Shown: positions 27,967 to 37,409, numbered from the stretch's first letter. The stretch is 41,998 nt of DNA from Bacteriovoracia bacterium (GCA_046570105.1 JBKHVI010000021.1:1-41998), one strand, 5' to 3'. The notes: a model not told the origin generated them from the letters alone. A program made the numbers and translations.

Positions 27967-28716
27967 CTATAGCTTTAACCTATTTACCATGTTCAGAAGT
28001 TTTAGTTTTTTTCCAAAAACGTAGGAAGGATTAACGCCAAAAATTTCTTTGAAGCATTTTGTGAAATGGGGCTGATCTGAAAACCCTGCTTCAAGAGCAG
28101 CGTCCGTTAGGGAGCAGCTTGTGTTGAGAAAATAGTAGACTGCATTTTTTAGTCGCTTCCAGATGAGATACCGTCTAAAAGGAATTCCGACCTCTTTGGA
28201 AAATAAGTGACTGAGGGTGCTTTCGGGAATCTGAAGGTCGATGCATATTCTTTCCATTGTCAATGACTCAAAGTAATGAGCATCAATATATTCGAGACAT
28301 TTTAGGACGCGACCATCAATTGATCCACTTTTTGATCGTGAAAATCCAACTTGCTTGAGAACTTCGTCATAGATGCTTTCTGCGCTTTGTACTTCCGCAG
28401 GTGAGTAATAGATTTCTAGTAGTTTTTCCTTAATGTCGTTGGAAATACTCGTGTTTCGAGGACCTTTTGAATCGAAGCGGACATCTTCTGAGTCTGCATA
28501 CATCATCGCAACCATGCCGAGTAAGACTGTCTGGTGTCTTACGTTGGGAGGAATGATAAAAAAATTTCCTACTTTCCATTCACCATCTATTAGTATTTTT
28601 ACATTACCCCTTAAGCCGACGACGATCTGAATAGCATTGTGTGAATGTTCACCTGTTTCGAAACTAGGACCGAGATACATTGCTTTAGAGTTCCAAAGAT
28701 AGAGAAGGGGTAACAT
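27967..28716 (-). CDS. AraC family transcriptional regulator
   Basis: HSHNAIQ cupin-like N-terminus; SLTDAALEAGFSDQPHFTKCFKEIFG. Confidence 0.92.
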   Translation of the reverse strand: MLPLLYLWNSKAMYLGPSFETGEHSHNAIQIVVGLRGNVKILIDGEWKVGNFFIIPPNVRHQTVLLGMVAMMYADSEDVRFDSKGPRNTSISNDIKEKLLEIYYSPAEVQSAESIYDEVLKQVGFSRSKSGSIDGRVLKCLEYIDAHYFESLTMERICIDLQIPESTLSHLFSKEVGIPFRRYLIWKRLKNAVYYFLNTSCSLTDAALEAGFSDQPHFTKCFKEIFGVNPSYVFGKKLKLLNMVNRLKL

Positions 28717-28786
28717 AGCAAAATCCTAAGTAAGTGCATGCCGGATCTTACAATTATTTCGTCTGCTCCGGTCGTAATATTATCCT

Positions 28787-29611
28787 ATGCTGAAATACAC
28801 TTTATATCCTGTTTTTATTATCATCTCCCTCTTCGGAATTCATCTGAGCAAGGGGGGCTATACTTTGAGCAGCTTTTTACTCCTTGTAGGCGCTATTGCG
28901 CTGATGTTTCTTTTTGAAGTGTTAAAGACATATGAAGTAACCTGGGAAGGGAATTGGAAAACCCTCAAAAGGGACCTTGCTCACTTTTTCACGAATCACG
29001 CTCTACTCATTTTAAGCTTGTTTGTGATCTCATCTTTAAAGCTGAATCAGATGTCCATTGGGTGGTGGCCAGAATCAATAAACTTTTATCTTCAGGTTTT
29101 TATAGCAATTTTTATCCTCGATTTCGGGATTACGATTACCCACTATTTAAGCCATCGATGGGATTTTCTGTGGAAGTTTCATGAGACGCATCATAGCCTC
29201 CCAGGTCTATATGGGTTAAATGGACTCATGAAGCATCCTTTCCATCAGGGGCTGGAGTCAATGATGGGTGTATTACCATTGCTGCTGCTTGGAGTTTCTG
29301 GAAGTGTCCTTCAGGCGGTCACTTTCTGCGTCTCCATTCAGCTTCTTCTCCAGCATTCTAATGTCGATTATACCGTTGGACCGCTAAGGTTATTCCTGGC
29401 CGTGGCCGAAAATCACAGATTTCACCATGTGAAAGGTGCCGAAGGAAACGTCAATTTTGGGCTATTCTTTACGATCTGGGACCACTTCCTTGGAACCGCT
29501 TATTATAAGAAAGATGTGAAGGTCCGGGATGTTGGTCTAGTTAATGAGTATCCACAATCGTATTTCAAACAAATGACTGAACCCTTTAAAAGCAGAACGA
29601 GAGGAATGTAG
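28787..29611 (+). CDS. Sterol desaturase / fatty acid hydroxylase family protein
   Basis: His boxes HYLSH, FHETHH, QHSN, HRFHH; NFG..FTIWD..LGT; divergent from AraC. Confidence 0.9.
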   Translation: MLKYTLYPVFIIISLFGIHLSKGGYTLSSFLLLVGAIALMFLFEVLKTYEVTWEGNWKTLKRDLAHFFTNHALLILSLFVISSLKLNQMSIGWWPESINFYLQVFIAIFILDFGITITHYLSHRWDFLWKFHETHHSLPGLYGLNGLMKHPFHQGLESMMGVLPLLLLGVSGSVLQAVTFCVSIQLLLQHSNVDYTVGPLRLFLAVAENHRFHHVKGAEGNVNFGLFFTIWDHFLGTAYYKKDVKVRDVGLVNEYPQSYFKQMTEPFKSRTRGM

Positions 29612-29636
29612 GGATGTTCAATCCAGCTCTATCAAA

Positions 29637-30899
29637 CTATGCGTCTGGGATGACAAAAACCGGAGCGAAACCTCCGCCGTTGGTTCTGAAGTTCGTCGTC
29701 TGCCCCGAATAGAGTCGAGCTGCTAATAGTTGTATCTTCCCGTTATAAACATAGGCACGGATATCTACTTTCAGATCAGTTTGTTCTCCATCCTTTTGAA
29801 TTTTTCTTTTACTCGGAGGAATGAGGGCCTGTGCAACGTAGTGGCCTTTCAGAATCTCTTCCCACACTTTGCGGGTCAATTTTTCACCTCGATACGCGGC
29901 TTTACTGCCATAACCTAAAAGAGGTTTGAAAAATAATCCGCGTCTTCTATCCCAAAGATCATCCGCATGCTGGATAGAGACTTCTTCCGTCTTTGGAATT
30001 CCTGCAAGAAGCGTTTCTTTTATTTTTTCTGGAATAGAAAGTTCGCTTAATGTGGATTCACTGCTCAAAGTAACTAGATTCAACTTGTTCGCATAAATTG
30101 CATGATGATGTGGAGTCGGAGTCAGCACAATAGAATTTTTTTGATGGGCGGAACGGATCGATGCATGAACATCATCTTCCAGATAGAAATCAGTAAGGCG
30201 GTTGTAGACCATAGCTACTTTTTCTTTATCATGCCAAAGATGGCCGTCTCGAAAATGTAAATCTTTAGGATCCGCGATGATAGCTTTCGTTCCGAATCTT
30301 GCAAAGAGCCGTTGGAATAATTGAAACTCTGGATACAAGTATTGTGCTTCGGGATCATCATCCACGATTGCGATGAGTCCTATTTTTGCGTTACCACGCT
30401 GCAGTTCCCATTCACGGAGAAACATCTCGTAGAATAGTTTATCCATGTTCAACAGCTCATCGCGATGTTTGAAGAAAACATTGGCTTCTTGGCAGCACTC
30501 TTGCTGAGCCTTGGCTAATTCCAAATTAAGAAGTGCACCGCCTGCATTCGTGTTAACTTCGATAAGCTTGGGACCATCATCACTCAGGTGAAAGTCATAG
30601 CCCATGAAAACACCCTTCGTGCCCCATTCGACGTGGGAAATGGAAGGAGAAAGACTGAGAACGAGGTTTCTGTAATTTGGACTACGAGTTACTTCTTCGA
30701 TGGCACTTATTATTGAAGTGATCGCTTCTAATTGATCTGGTGATATGAAGACAGTTGTTGCCGAGAAAAGATTTGGCCGGCTCTCAATAATTTGTCCATA
30801 TAAACCTTTAAGAAGTTCATCGGACTCAAGTTTGGCTTTGAGAAGATCTGGGTCAAAAGTCTGGCAAACGCAATTAGCATTTAAGAATTTGGCAGTCAT
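29637..30899 (-). CDS. ATP-grasp-like (glutathione synthetase-related) conserved protein
   Basis: GYDFHL..DGPKLIEVNTNAGG, FFKP..GYGSK, DIRAY, ARLYSGQTTNF..GGGFAPV. Confidence 0.7.
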   Translation of the reverse strand: MTAKFLNANCVCQTFDPDLLKAKLESDELLKGLYGQIIESRPNLFSATTVFISPDQLEAITSIISAIEEVTRSPNYRNLVLSLSPSISHVEWGTKGVFMGYDFHLSDDGPKLIEVNTNAGGALLNLELAKAQQECCQEANVFFKHRDELLNMDKLFYEMFLREWELQRGNAKIGLIAIVDDDPEAQYLYPEFQLFQRLFARFGTKAIIADPKDLHFRDGHLWHDKEKVAMVYNRLTDFYLEDDVHASIRSAHQKNSIVLTPTPHHHAIYANKLNLVTLSSESTLSELSIPEKIKETLLAGIPKTEEVSIQHADDLWDRRRGLFFKPLLGYGSKAAYRGEKLTRKVWEEILKGHYVAQALIPPSKRKIQKDGEQTDLKVDIRAYVYNGKIQLLAARLYSGQTTNFRTNGGGFAPVFVIPDA

Positions 30900-30971
30900 A
30901 GTTTATCTTAAACCGTTTTCATGCACATGTAACGATTTTGCCTGAGATACATAAAATCTCAGGCAAAGGTT

Positions 30972-31337
30972 CTAGTGACTCATCGAACGACAAGACTCGG
31001 CACATTTCTTACAGGCCTTCACGCAATCTGCCATCACCGCATCGCCGTGTGCATGGGCGGCACAAGACTCAGCACAGAGGTCGCAGACCTTCGCGCAGAG
31101 CTGGCAGTGCTCGTAAGCGAACTGCGAGTTAGCGAGCATCAGCCCCATACTCATCTTGCACATGTCTGCGCATTCGATCATGAGTTGGATGTGAGCCTTT
31201 TCTGCGTGTTTGCCACCTTTCTCTAAGCAGTGACTGAGGCATTTCGTTGACGCAGAAAAGCTTGCGAAGCAATCAGCGATACATTGCTCCATGTTTTTCT
31301 CTGATTTAACCGACATATCGTTTGGGGAAACTTGCAT
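30972..31337 (-). CDS. Four-helix-bundle copper storage protein (Csp3/DUF326-like)
   Basis: Repeated CxxxC/CxxC; CADMC, HCQLCAKVCDLCAESC, CVKACKKCAESC; no Tat signal. Confidence 0.9.
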   Translation of the reverse strand: MQVSPNDMSVKSEKNMEQCIADCFASFSASTKCLSHCLEKGGKHAEKAHIQLMIECADMCKMSMGLMLANSQFAYEHCQLCAKVCDLCAESCAAHAHGDAVMADCVKACKKCAESCRSMSH

Positions 31338-31535
31338 AAAACTCCTAGGTGGGGGTGTGACTTTCGGTTGGATACTGACCCGTCGGTCTTAGATGCACCA
31401 ATGGATTTATGTGGATTGATCTACACATGCTCTGATTCCTAGTTGTTGAGTCTGACTGCGCTGCTCGGATTTGAGCAGTAGCTGCCTCATTGAGTGAGCC
31501 GCAGCCTCGAATTAAAATATTCTTATGAGGTTTAT

Positions 31536-32354
31536 ATGAAATTGATGTTGTCTGTTTTTACCTTGGCCATGCTTTTGATAAATTTTGCTCACGCAGAAGT
31601 CGTCACTATTGGCTGTGCAACCAAGTGCGATGTTTTCTTTAAGATCGCACTTAAGCGAGTGGGGAAAATCAAGGGCGTAAAGGTTAACCTCATCGACGTA
31701 TCGAGGGCCGGACCCGAAATTGATTGGGTAAAATACGATGCCATCATTCTTCCAGGTGGCGCAGACATCGATCCGAAGTACTACCTCAGCAAGGTTGAAC
31801 CCGAGTTGCGTGATTACACACAGTCCTTAGATCACCTCGTGAACTACTCAGCGGAAGGGCGTCGCCGAGACCCCATAGAGTTCGGTCTCTTGGAAAAGTA
31901 TTTCGCAAATTCTGAACTCGAAACCTTACCTGTACTCGGCGTTTGCCGAGGGATGCAGATGCTAGCCGTTTCTCAGGGAATTCCACTCTACGTCGATATC
32001 AAGACAGAACTAGAGATCAGAAATCGGAGATACCTTTATGATCGCATCGTGATGGAGCCCGGTACAACCCTTATGAATGAGCTTTTCACGAAGACGTTCA
32101 GAGGATTTAAAAGACATCATCAAGGCATTCGCGTTTCCTATTTTCTGGAAAACGCAGCTCGCTGGCCTCAGCTGAATGTGACTTCTTACTCAAATAATGG
32201 TCAGGTCGCAGAAAGCCTTGAGTTTAAGGATAGACCCGTACTCGGTGTACAATTTCATCCAGAAAACGACTTTGGTTTTGAGAGGAATCGAGTCTTCGGG
32301 TGGCTGCTAGAAAAGGCGATAGAGCATAAGAGTCAGAAAATAAAAAACTTTTAG
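31536..32354 (+). CDS. Exported peptidase C26 / gamma-glutamyl hydrolase family protein
   Basis: LPGGADIDP, VLGVCRGMQ, HHQG, GVQFHPE; signal peptide from ATG 31536. Confidence 0.85.
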   Translation: MKLMLSVFTLAMLLINFAHAEVVTIGCATKCDVFFKIALKRVGKIKGVKVNLIDVSRAGPEIDWVKYDAIILPGGADIDPKYYLSKVEPELRDYTQSLDHLVNYSAEGRRRDPIEFGLLEKYFANSELETLPVLGVCRGMQMLAVSQGIPLYVDIKTELEIRNRRYLYDRIVMEPGTTLMNELFTKTFRGFKRHHQGIRVSYFLENAARWPQLNVTSYSNNGQVAESLEFKDRPVLGVQFHPENDFGFERNRVFGWLLEKAIEHKSQKIKNF

Positions 32355-32376
32355 TGTATCGTACAAAGACAGAGGG

Positions 32377-32637
32377 CTAGCCTCCGCCACCTGTACCAGA
32401 GCCTTCACCTAAAATGATAAAAGTTCCTGATTGGCCGCTGATGTTACCAATGTCTTGGACATTATCTTTTTTGATGAACTGAGTGGCATCACGCTTAATG
32501 TTCAAAACGGTGCCGTCTTTAAGAGTGATACTTTCTTCATTGAGAATGAGCCTAGCAGTGTCAGCGTCAATCGTGAGTGTCTCTGGCTTTGAGCCTGGGA
32601 CAACGATCTCTCTGTAGATAATATCGGGAACCTCAAT
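32377..32637 (-). pseudogene. Start-less 86-codon ORF remnant ending GEGSGTGGGG
   Basis: Open frame IEVPDIIYRE...GEGSGTGGGG* preceded by TGA; homologous copy at 13431-13512. Confidence 0.55.
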
Positions 32638-32718
32638 TCAGTCAATTCTTATTAAAATCGAAACTGTCTCCTCTAACTTTTTAATCAAATCGACAATATA
32701 TAACGAAAATTCGTCAGC

Positions 32719-33969
32719 ATGTCTGACCAAAGGGATTATATGGCCTACAGAAAATTTGATATCTCTGTTAAGCGTAAAATCGCAGAAACTAAGAACTTAA
32801 ATCTTTTTCCTGAATTAAAAATACCCCGGACTACTGCTCAATATTGGATATCTCAGAGTAAAGAAATTGCAGAAGCATCAAATCAGTCTGATAAAAAAAA
32901 CGATTTCATGCAAGAAGAAGCGAAGCTTTCTCTAAAACTTGAGGTAGAGGTTTATAAAACACTGCTGGTGAAAATTATGGGGACATATGACTTTAGCAGC
33001 TTAAAGGGAGCTCAGAATAAAAAATTTATTGTTGAGTTAGTTTCGAGATTGAAAGGGTCTATGCCAAAGAGTGCTTTGATAAGAATGTTGGGGATGTCTT
33101 CTTCCAAGTTTTATCGCTGGGAGACTGAGGTTCTAGGTTGCCGGTTCCAGAGGGAGAATTGTCAGCCAAGTCTTCCTCATCAAGTCTCGCTAGTGGAGCA
33201 GAATAAGATGCTAGAGCTTGCGCGAAATAACAAGTTAGCGCATCTGAGTGTTAAAAGCCTTATGTATTATGCTCAGAGAGAAGGTGGGATTTATCGTGGT
33301 TATGACACCTGGTTAAAGTATTTAAAACTTAACGGTGTCATGAGAGTGCGAAATCATAAAAGGAAAAAGAAATATGCAGAAGGTATACGAGCACGAAGAG
33401 CTAATCAGATTTGGCATATCGACATAACAATCGTTCGTATAAAAACAAGGGAGAGATATTATATTCAAATGGCGGTTGATAACTTCAGTAGACTTATTGT
33501 TGGGTGGAAAATAAGTGATCGAAAGAGCTTGGATATCACATTGAAAACGCTGAAAGAGGTAAACTTCCATAATCCCAAATTTCTACTTTGTGATGCTGGT
33601 ACGGAAAACAGAGCTTCCGAAGTTTCAAGATTTCTTTTGGGCAGGGGAATTATTCAATTAATTGCGAATATAGATGTTCGATATTCAAATTCAATTGTGG
33701 AGGCGGTCTTTCGGCAGTTGAAATACGCGATCGATTTTCAAAAGATCAGAAGCTTAAAGAATCTAAAAAATAAAATCGCTTGGTTTGTGGAACAACATAA
33801 TCACAATGTGCCACATTCCAGTTTGTATGGCGCAACTCCCTTTGAGGTATATTTTGATATTTTTAATAAGGAAGTTTTCAAGGAAGAAATTAATGAAAAA
33901 AGAAAGATGTTATTGGAAAGTAGAAAAAATAGTTATCTTCAATGCAAGAGTTGTATTCCATACATTTAG
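32719..33969 (+). CDS. DDE (rve integrase-core) transposase, IS3/IS481-like
   Basis: NQIWHIDIT, VDNFSRLIVGW, CDAGTEN, NSIVEAVF..LK, PHSSL.G.TP; start may be ATG 32740; no terminal IRs recognised. Confidence 0.9.
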   Translation: MSDQRDYMAYRKFDISVKRKIAETKNLNLFPELKIPRTTAQYWISQSKEIAEASNQSDKKNDFMQEEAKLSLKLEVEVYKTLLVKIMGTYDFSSLKGAQNKKFIVELVSRLKGSMPKSALIRMLGMSSSKFYRWETEVLGCRFQRENCQPSLPHQVSLVEQNKMLELARNNKLAHLSVKSLMYYAQREGGIYRGYDTWLKYLKLNGVMRVRNHKRKKKYAEGIRARRANQIWHIDITIVRIKTRERYYIQMAVDNFSRLIVGWKISDRKSLDITLKTLKEVNFHNPKFLLCDAGTENRASEVSRFLLGRGIIQLIANIDVRYSNSIVEAVFRQLKYAIDFQKIRSLKNLKNKIAWFVEQHNHNVPHSSLYGATPFEVYFDIFNKEVFKEEINEKRKMLLESRKNSYLQCKSCIPYI

Positions 33970-33982
33970 ATCAAGCAAAATG

Positions 33983-34009
33983 TTTGAGGTGCAATTTTTG
34001 CACCTCAAA
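33983..34009. repeat. 27-bp palindrome TTTGAGGTGCAA-TTT-TTGCACCTCAAA
   Basis: Perfect 12-bp arms; related to 14255-14281. Confidence 0.9.
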
Positions 34010-34014
34010 GCGGT

Positions 34015-34353
34015 TTAAGCAATTTCTTGGACGATCTCGGGATTGACTTCAATGATTTGTAGCAGGCGCCTCACACTTGGAGATGGTTTTCGAAGTCCCT
34101 GTTCCCAGTGTTTTACAGCGGCTGACTTCACACCGAGTAACTGGGCCAGTAGATCCTGAGTGAGATGATATTTGTGGCGTATGTTTTTGATCGCGGTAGA
34201 ACTGTAATTAGGTGGAGTCGCAGCGATGCGAGCGACTGTTTCTCTCAGATCAAGCTCTCCGCGAGTATGCTGAAGGCCCTCCTCAACAGAGGCCAAGAGC
34301 ATGCTACCAAAGTTACTTGAGGTTATTTTTTGCTTTTTTGTTTTGGTTGCCAT
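34015..34353 (-). CDS. XRE-HTH antitoxin (HigA-like)
   Basis: IKNIRHKYHLTQDLLAQLLGV...VKHWEQGLRKPS...LLQII..NP; downstream of a RelE-type toxin. Confidence 0.85.
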   Translation of the reverse strand: MATKTKKQKITSSNFGSMLLASVEEGLQHTRGELDLRETVARIAATPPNYSSTAIKNIRHKYHLTQDLLAQLLGVKSAAVKHWEQGLRKPSPSVRRLLQIIEVNPEIVQEIA

Positions 34354-34691
34354 GCTTTTAACTCCTGTGATGCTGTTTTCAATGCGCTGACTTCGGCTTT
34401 CGTTAAAGTGTCTTTCACCGACTTCGGGTATATGAGAAACAAAAAAGTTCTCTCATAGGCTTCAAGATCAAAATAAATCACTCGATAGCCGCCACTTTTC
34501 CCTCTTCCACCTTTCTGTTCAGCGACGCGCACTTTGGTAAACCCGCCAGTGCCCTTAATGAGATCTCTCTTTGAGGCCGGTAGCTCGAGATCAGTTAGTA
34601 CTGCTTGCTGAATTCGGCCTAATAGTTCTTTGTCGTTTTCAGCTTCGATCAAGGAAGTAAAAATTAAGCTCTCAATGAATAAACGCTGCAC
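34323..34691 (-). CDS. RelE/HigB-like type II toxin
   Basis: LIKGTGGFTKVRV...GRGKSGGYRVIYF...LFLIYPK..KDTLT. Confidence 0.88.
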   Translation of the reverse strand: MQRLFIESLIFTSLIEAENDKELLGRIQQAVLTDLELPASKRDLIKGTGGFTKVRVAEQKGGRGKSGGYRVIYFDLEAYERTFLFLIYPKSVKDTLTKAEVSALKTASQELKAWQPKQKSKK

Positions 34692-34796
34692 GACACCTCT
34701 TCTTGTCGGTAGTACTACTATGTAGCATAAGCGAAGAACGCAAATAGGGCAATAAGTTATCTAAGGCTTTGGTTTTACTTGGGTAGATTGCCACGG

Positions 34797-34823
34797 TTTG
34801 AGGTCGCATTTTGCGACTTCAAA
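34797..34823. repeat. 27-bp near-palindrome TTTGAGGTCGCA-TTT-TGCGACTTCAAA
   Basis: One mismatch between arms; related to 14255 and 33983. Confidence 0.9.
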
Positions 34824-34870
34824 GCTTTTAGTCTGGATTGTAAAACTGTAAAATATTGGAATCACATAGA

Positions 34871-34946
34871 CCCGTCACCTCCAAATAATTTCTAGGGTTC
34901 TGAGTTTGTTTTCACTCTCAGAACCCTTTTTATTTTCAATCCACAC
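34871..34946 (+). repeat. att copy 3 plus terminator, identical to 761-836
   Basis: 76-bp exact match beginning CCCGTCACCTCCA; terminator at 34894-34931. Confidence 0.9.
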
Positions 34947-35026
34947 TTTGGTTTTTAAGACGTCGCCAAGGGAGAGACGAGCTAACTCGGTTTGATAATA
35001 ATAGTTCTAGCTGCTAAAATTTTAGT

Positions 35027-35521
35027 ATGCGTTACACAGAATCAATTCTTTCTTTAAAGCTTAAAGACACGACTTTTGAACTTCATAATATCGGTGAAGT
35101 AAGAATGGCAACAGATGCCTGGGATTTAAGGATTAAAACTTCTGTTGAAAATTTTGATTTATCACTCAGAGCAAGCCGCTTAGAACCATTCCTTTTAGAC
35201 ACAGGTGCTCCATTTCAAATCGATCAGATTGTTACTCTCTCTAGAGATGAGAAGTTTGCAATTATAAAGGGCACCTTCTACACATTGATATTCAATTTTA
35301 ACGAGAGATCACTCTCATTGTTTAAATTTTTAATCAGAGATAGAGGGATTTGGTGTTCAGAGACTCCTGTTTGGGGAGAAATTCAAACGCACGTTTCTGG
35401 AAATGATCAGCACTATTATGTGCAATTTCCTTTTTTTTCTTTTGAAAATTTTGTCCCATACGTAAAAAAGTATCATGAACTCCGACTACAGCAGATCATG
35501 GCTTTGAAGAAGTTGAGCTAG
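35027..35521 (+). CDS. Hypothetical protein
   Basis: 164-aa ORF, no recognised motif. Confidence 0.55.
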   Translation: MRYTESILSLKLKDTTFELHNIGEVRMATDAWDLRIKTSVENFDLSLRASRLEPFLLDTGAPFQIDQIVTLSRDEKFAIIKGTFYTLIFNFNERSLSLFKFLIRDRGIWCSETPVWGEIQTHVSGNDQHYYVQFPFFSFENFVPYVKKYHELRLQQIMALKKLS

Positions 35522-35590
35522 GGACTATTTCAGCTCACTCCTCATTTAAACGCTTGATTCCTCAAAGTCTTGATTAATTTTTTAATTTGT

Positions 35591-35622
35591 TTGACTCCGT
35601 ACCATGGTACGGAGGTTAATAT
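35591..35622 (+). promoter_or_regulatory. MerR-type promoter/operator
   Basis: TTGACT, perfect 20-bp palindrome CTCCGTACCATGGTACGGAG (35595-35614), long 19-20-bp spacer to (T)TAATAT; closely resembles the mer operator. Confidence 0.9.
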
Positions 35623-35628
35623 GGGTCT

Positions 35629-36045
35629 ATGGAAAAGATCACGATTGGAAAATTGGCAGAGATGGCGGGAGTAGGGGTTGAGACGGTTCGTTTCTATCAA
35701 AGAAAAGAGCTGCTGCGAGAACCTGAAGCGCGTGGTGCAGTGAGAACTTATCACGAAGAAGACGCGCAAAGAATTATCTTTATCAAGAAAGCGCAAGAGC
35801 TGGGCTTCTCACTTGCTGAAGTCAAAGAACTCTTAGAACTCAACACCAAGCCGCGCATCACTTGCGGGGGCGTGAAGAAAAAAACGCTCAATAAAATTTC
35901 AGAAATCGAAACAAAAATAGCTGATCTACAACGCATGAAGGCCGGGCTCGAGAAGCTCGCCTGTGCCTGTGATTCACAACAAGACGATTATAAACAATAC
36001 AAAGTCCAAGAGTGTTTTCAACTTGGGCTGGGCTGCGATTGCTAA
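35629..36045 (+). CDS. MerR-family metal-responsive regulator
   Basis: TIGKLAEMAGVGVETVRFYQRK...FIKKAQELGFSLAEVKELL; Cys in RITC, CAC, EC...CDC. Confidence 0.92.
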   Translation: MEKITIGKLAEMAGVGVETVRFYQRKELLREPEARGAVRTYHEEDAQRIIFIKKAQELGFSLAEVKELLELNTKPRITCGGVKKKTLNKISEIETKIADLQRMKAGLEKLACACDSQQDDYKQYKVQECFQLGLGCDC

Positions 36046-36055
36046 AGGAGAATTT

Positions 36056-36463
36056 ATGAAACGCTTTCATATTCACGTCGGAGTCAAAGATCTTACTCAC
36101 TCAATTCAGTTTTACTCGACTCTCTTTGGTCAAGGGCCCACAAAAGTTAAAGAAGACTACGCCAAATGGATGCTAGAAGATCCACGTATTAACTTTGCCA
36201 TCTCAACTCGCGTAGTCGAGGGTGTCGATCATCTGGGAATGCAAGTAGATGAAGCAGACGAATTGAATGTTCTCGCTCAGCGACTGAAAAATGCTGATTT
36301 GGGCGTGTACGGGGAAGGCAGCACGACTTGCTGTTACGCTGAATCGAGCAAGGCATGGGTGAAAGATCCATCCGGTATTGCTTGGGAAACTTATCACACC
36401 ATGAATGATGCCGAGACGTTTAACGGTAAACAAGAGGCAAAAGCTAAAAAGAGTTGCTGTTAA
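36056..36463 (+). CDS. ArsI/CadI family VOC metalloenzyme
   Basis: [51 protein letters not shown]. Confidence 0.88.
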   Translation: MKRFHIHVGVKDLTHSIQFYSTLFGQGPTKVKEDYAKWMLEDPRINFAISTRVVEGVDHLGMQVDEADELNVLAQRLKNADLGVYGEGSTTCCYAESSKAWVKDPSGIAWETYHTMNDAETFNGKQEAKAKKSCC

Positions 36464-36464
36464 T

Positions 36465-36545
36465 ATGACGAAGAAAAATATTATGTTTCTCTGCACGGGC
36501 AACTCTTGTCGCACACAAATGGCTGAAGGGTTTGCCCGTAAATAA
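36465..36545 (+). pseudogene. arsC: Truncated arsC (first 26 codons)
   Basis: [26 protein letters not shown]; diverged copy of the 5' end of the gene at 38342. Confidence 0.85.
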
Positions 36546-36579
36546 GGATCTTCTAGGTTGACAGTGGGTAGTGCTCAGA

Positions 36580-36606
36580 TGTGAGTTCAAAATTTGCGAC
36601 CTAAGC
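36580..36606. repeat. Degenerate copy of the 27-bp palindrome
   Basis: TGTGAGTTCAAAATTTGCGACCTAAGC; 19/27 match to 14255-14281 by manual alignment. Confidence 0.45.
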
Positions 36607-36673
36607 TTAATTTTGTGTGGAGAGAGTTTGCTAAGCTATTGAAAACACATTTGTAGGTGTGGTTTATATCCAA

Positions 36674-36749
36674 TAACTACGATATATTAATAGTTAATGT
36701 CTGGATTTTTTAAAAAAATCTGCCGATAAATATGATATATTCATAGTTA
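36674..36749. promoter_or_regulatory. Two 23-bp imperfect inverted repeats (putative AbiEi operators)
   Basis: TAACTACGATATATTAATAGTTA (36674-36696) and TAAATATGATATATTCATAGTTA (36727-36749). Confidence 0.6.
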
Positions 36750-36761
36750 ATAGAGAGAAAA

Positions 36762-37409
36762 ATGAGCTCAGAGTTTTTAAATAGAATTGAAGAGGATTTA
36801 AAAATTCCATTGTTTACGGACGATGATTTGCGGCTGGTTTTTCGAGATAAGGAGCCATCAGCGATCTATAACTCTCTGACCTATCATCTGAAGAATCATC
36901 ATTTAGAAAGATACAGAAGAGGGTTGTATTCACTTTCAATTAAAGGAAAGGGAAAGCATAAATTTTCAAAATTCAAGTTGGCCAATAAACTAGTGCTTCA
37001 TAGTTTTGTTTCATTTGAGTCAGCTTTATCTCATCACAATCTCATTCCCGAAGCGGTGTACGAAGTAACATCAGCGACCTTAAGTAAAAATGTAGTATTT
37101 GAGAATTCACTTGGAAGGTTTAGCTTTTCATATTCTCCAGTGGAGCCATTTTATTTGGGGGTTGAGATGGATGAAGTTACTGGAGCAAAAATTGCCAATC
37201 CAGTAAGGGCCTTATTTGACCTCATTAATTCCAGAAGAAAGCTTTATGACAAGGCAGAAGACTTAGAAAGTGATTTCAGGATTGATTTGCATGAACTTAA
37301 AACTCATTTAAGTTTTTTCAAGCCAGGGGATATCCTCGAGCTAGGTGAACTTTATAAAAAGAAGACCACTCGAAATTTATCAACGATTTTAGTGAGAGAT
37401 TTAATGTGA
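36762..37409 (+). CDS. abiEi: Type IV TA antitoxin AbiEi family
   Basis: RYRRGLY, SFVSFESALSHHNLIPEAVYEVTS, IANPVRALFD. Confidence 0.85.
   Translation: MSSEFLNRIEEDLKIPLFTDDDLRLVFRDKEPSAIYNSLTYHLKNHHLERYRRGLYSLSIKGKGKHKFSKFKLANKLVLHSFVSFESALSHHNLIPEAVYEVTSATLSKNVVFENSLGRFSFSYSPVEPFYLGVEMDEVTGAKIANPVRALFDLINSRRKLYDKAEDLESDFRIDLHELKTHLSFFKPGDILELGELYKKKTTRNLSTILVRDLM

Larger units (their letters stand above)
14889..34883. mobile_element. Genomic island B (copper homeostasis), no tyrosine/serine integrase gene
   Basis: Flanked by direct repeats CCCGTCACCTCCAAATAAT starting at 14876 and 34871; left end homologous to island A left end. Confidence 0.75.

Noticed and set aside
32640..33982. Complete IS with terminal inverted repeats and target duplication
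   Set aside because: No convincing IR pair or TSD found by eye; only the transposase is called.
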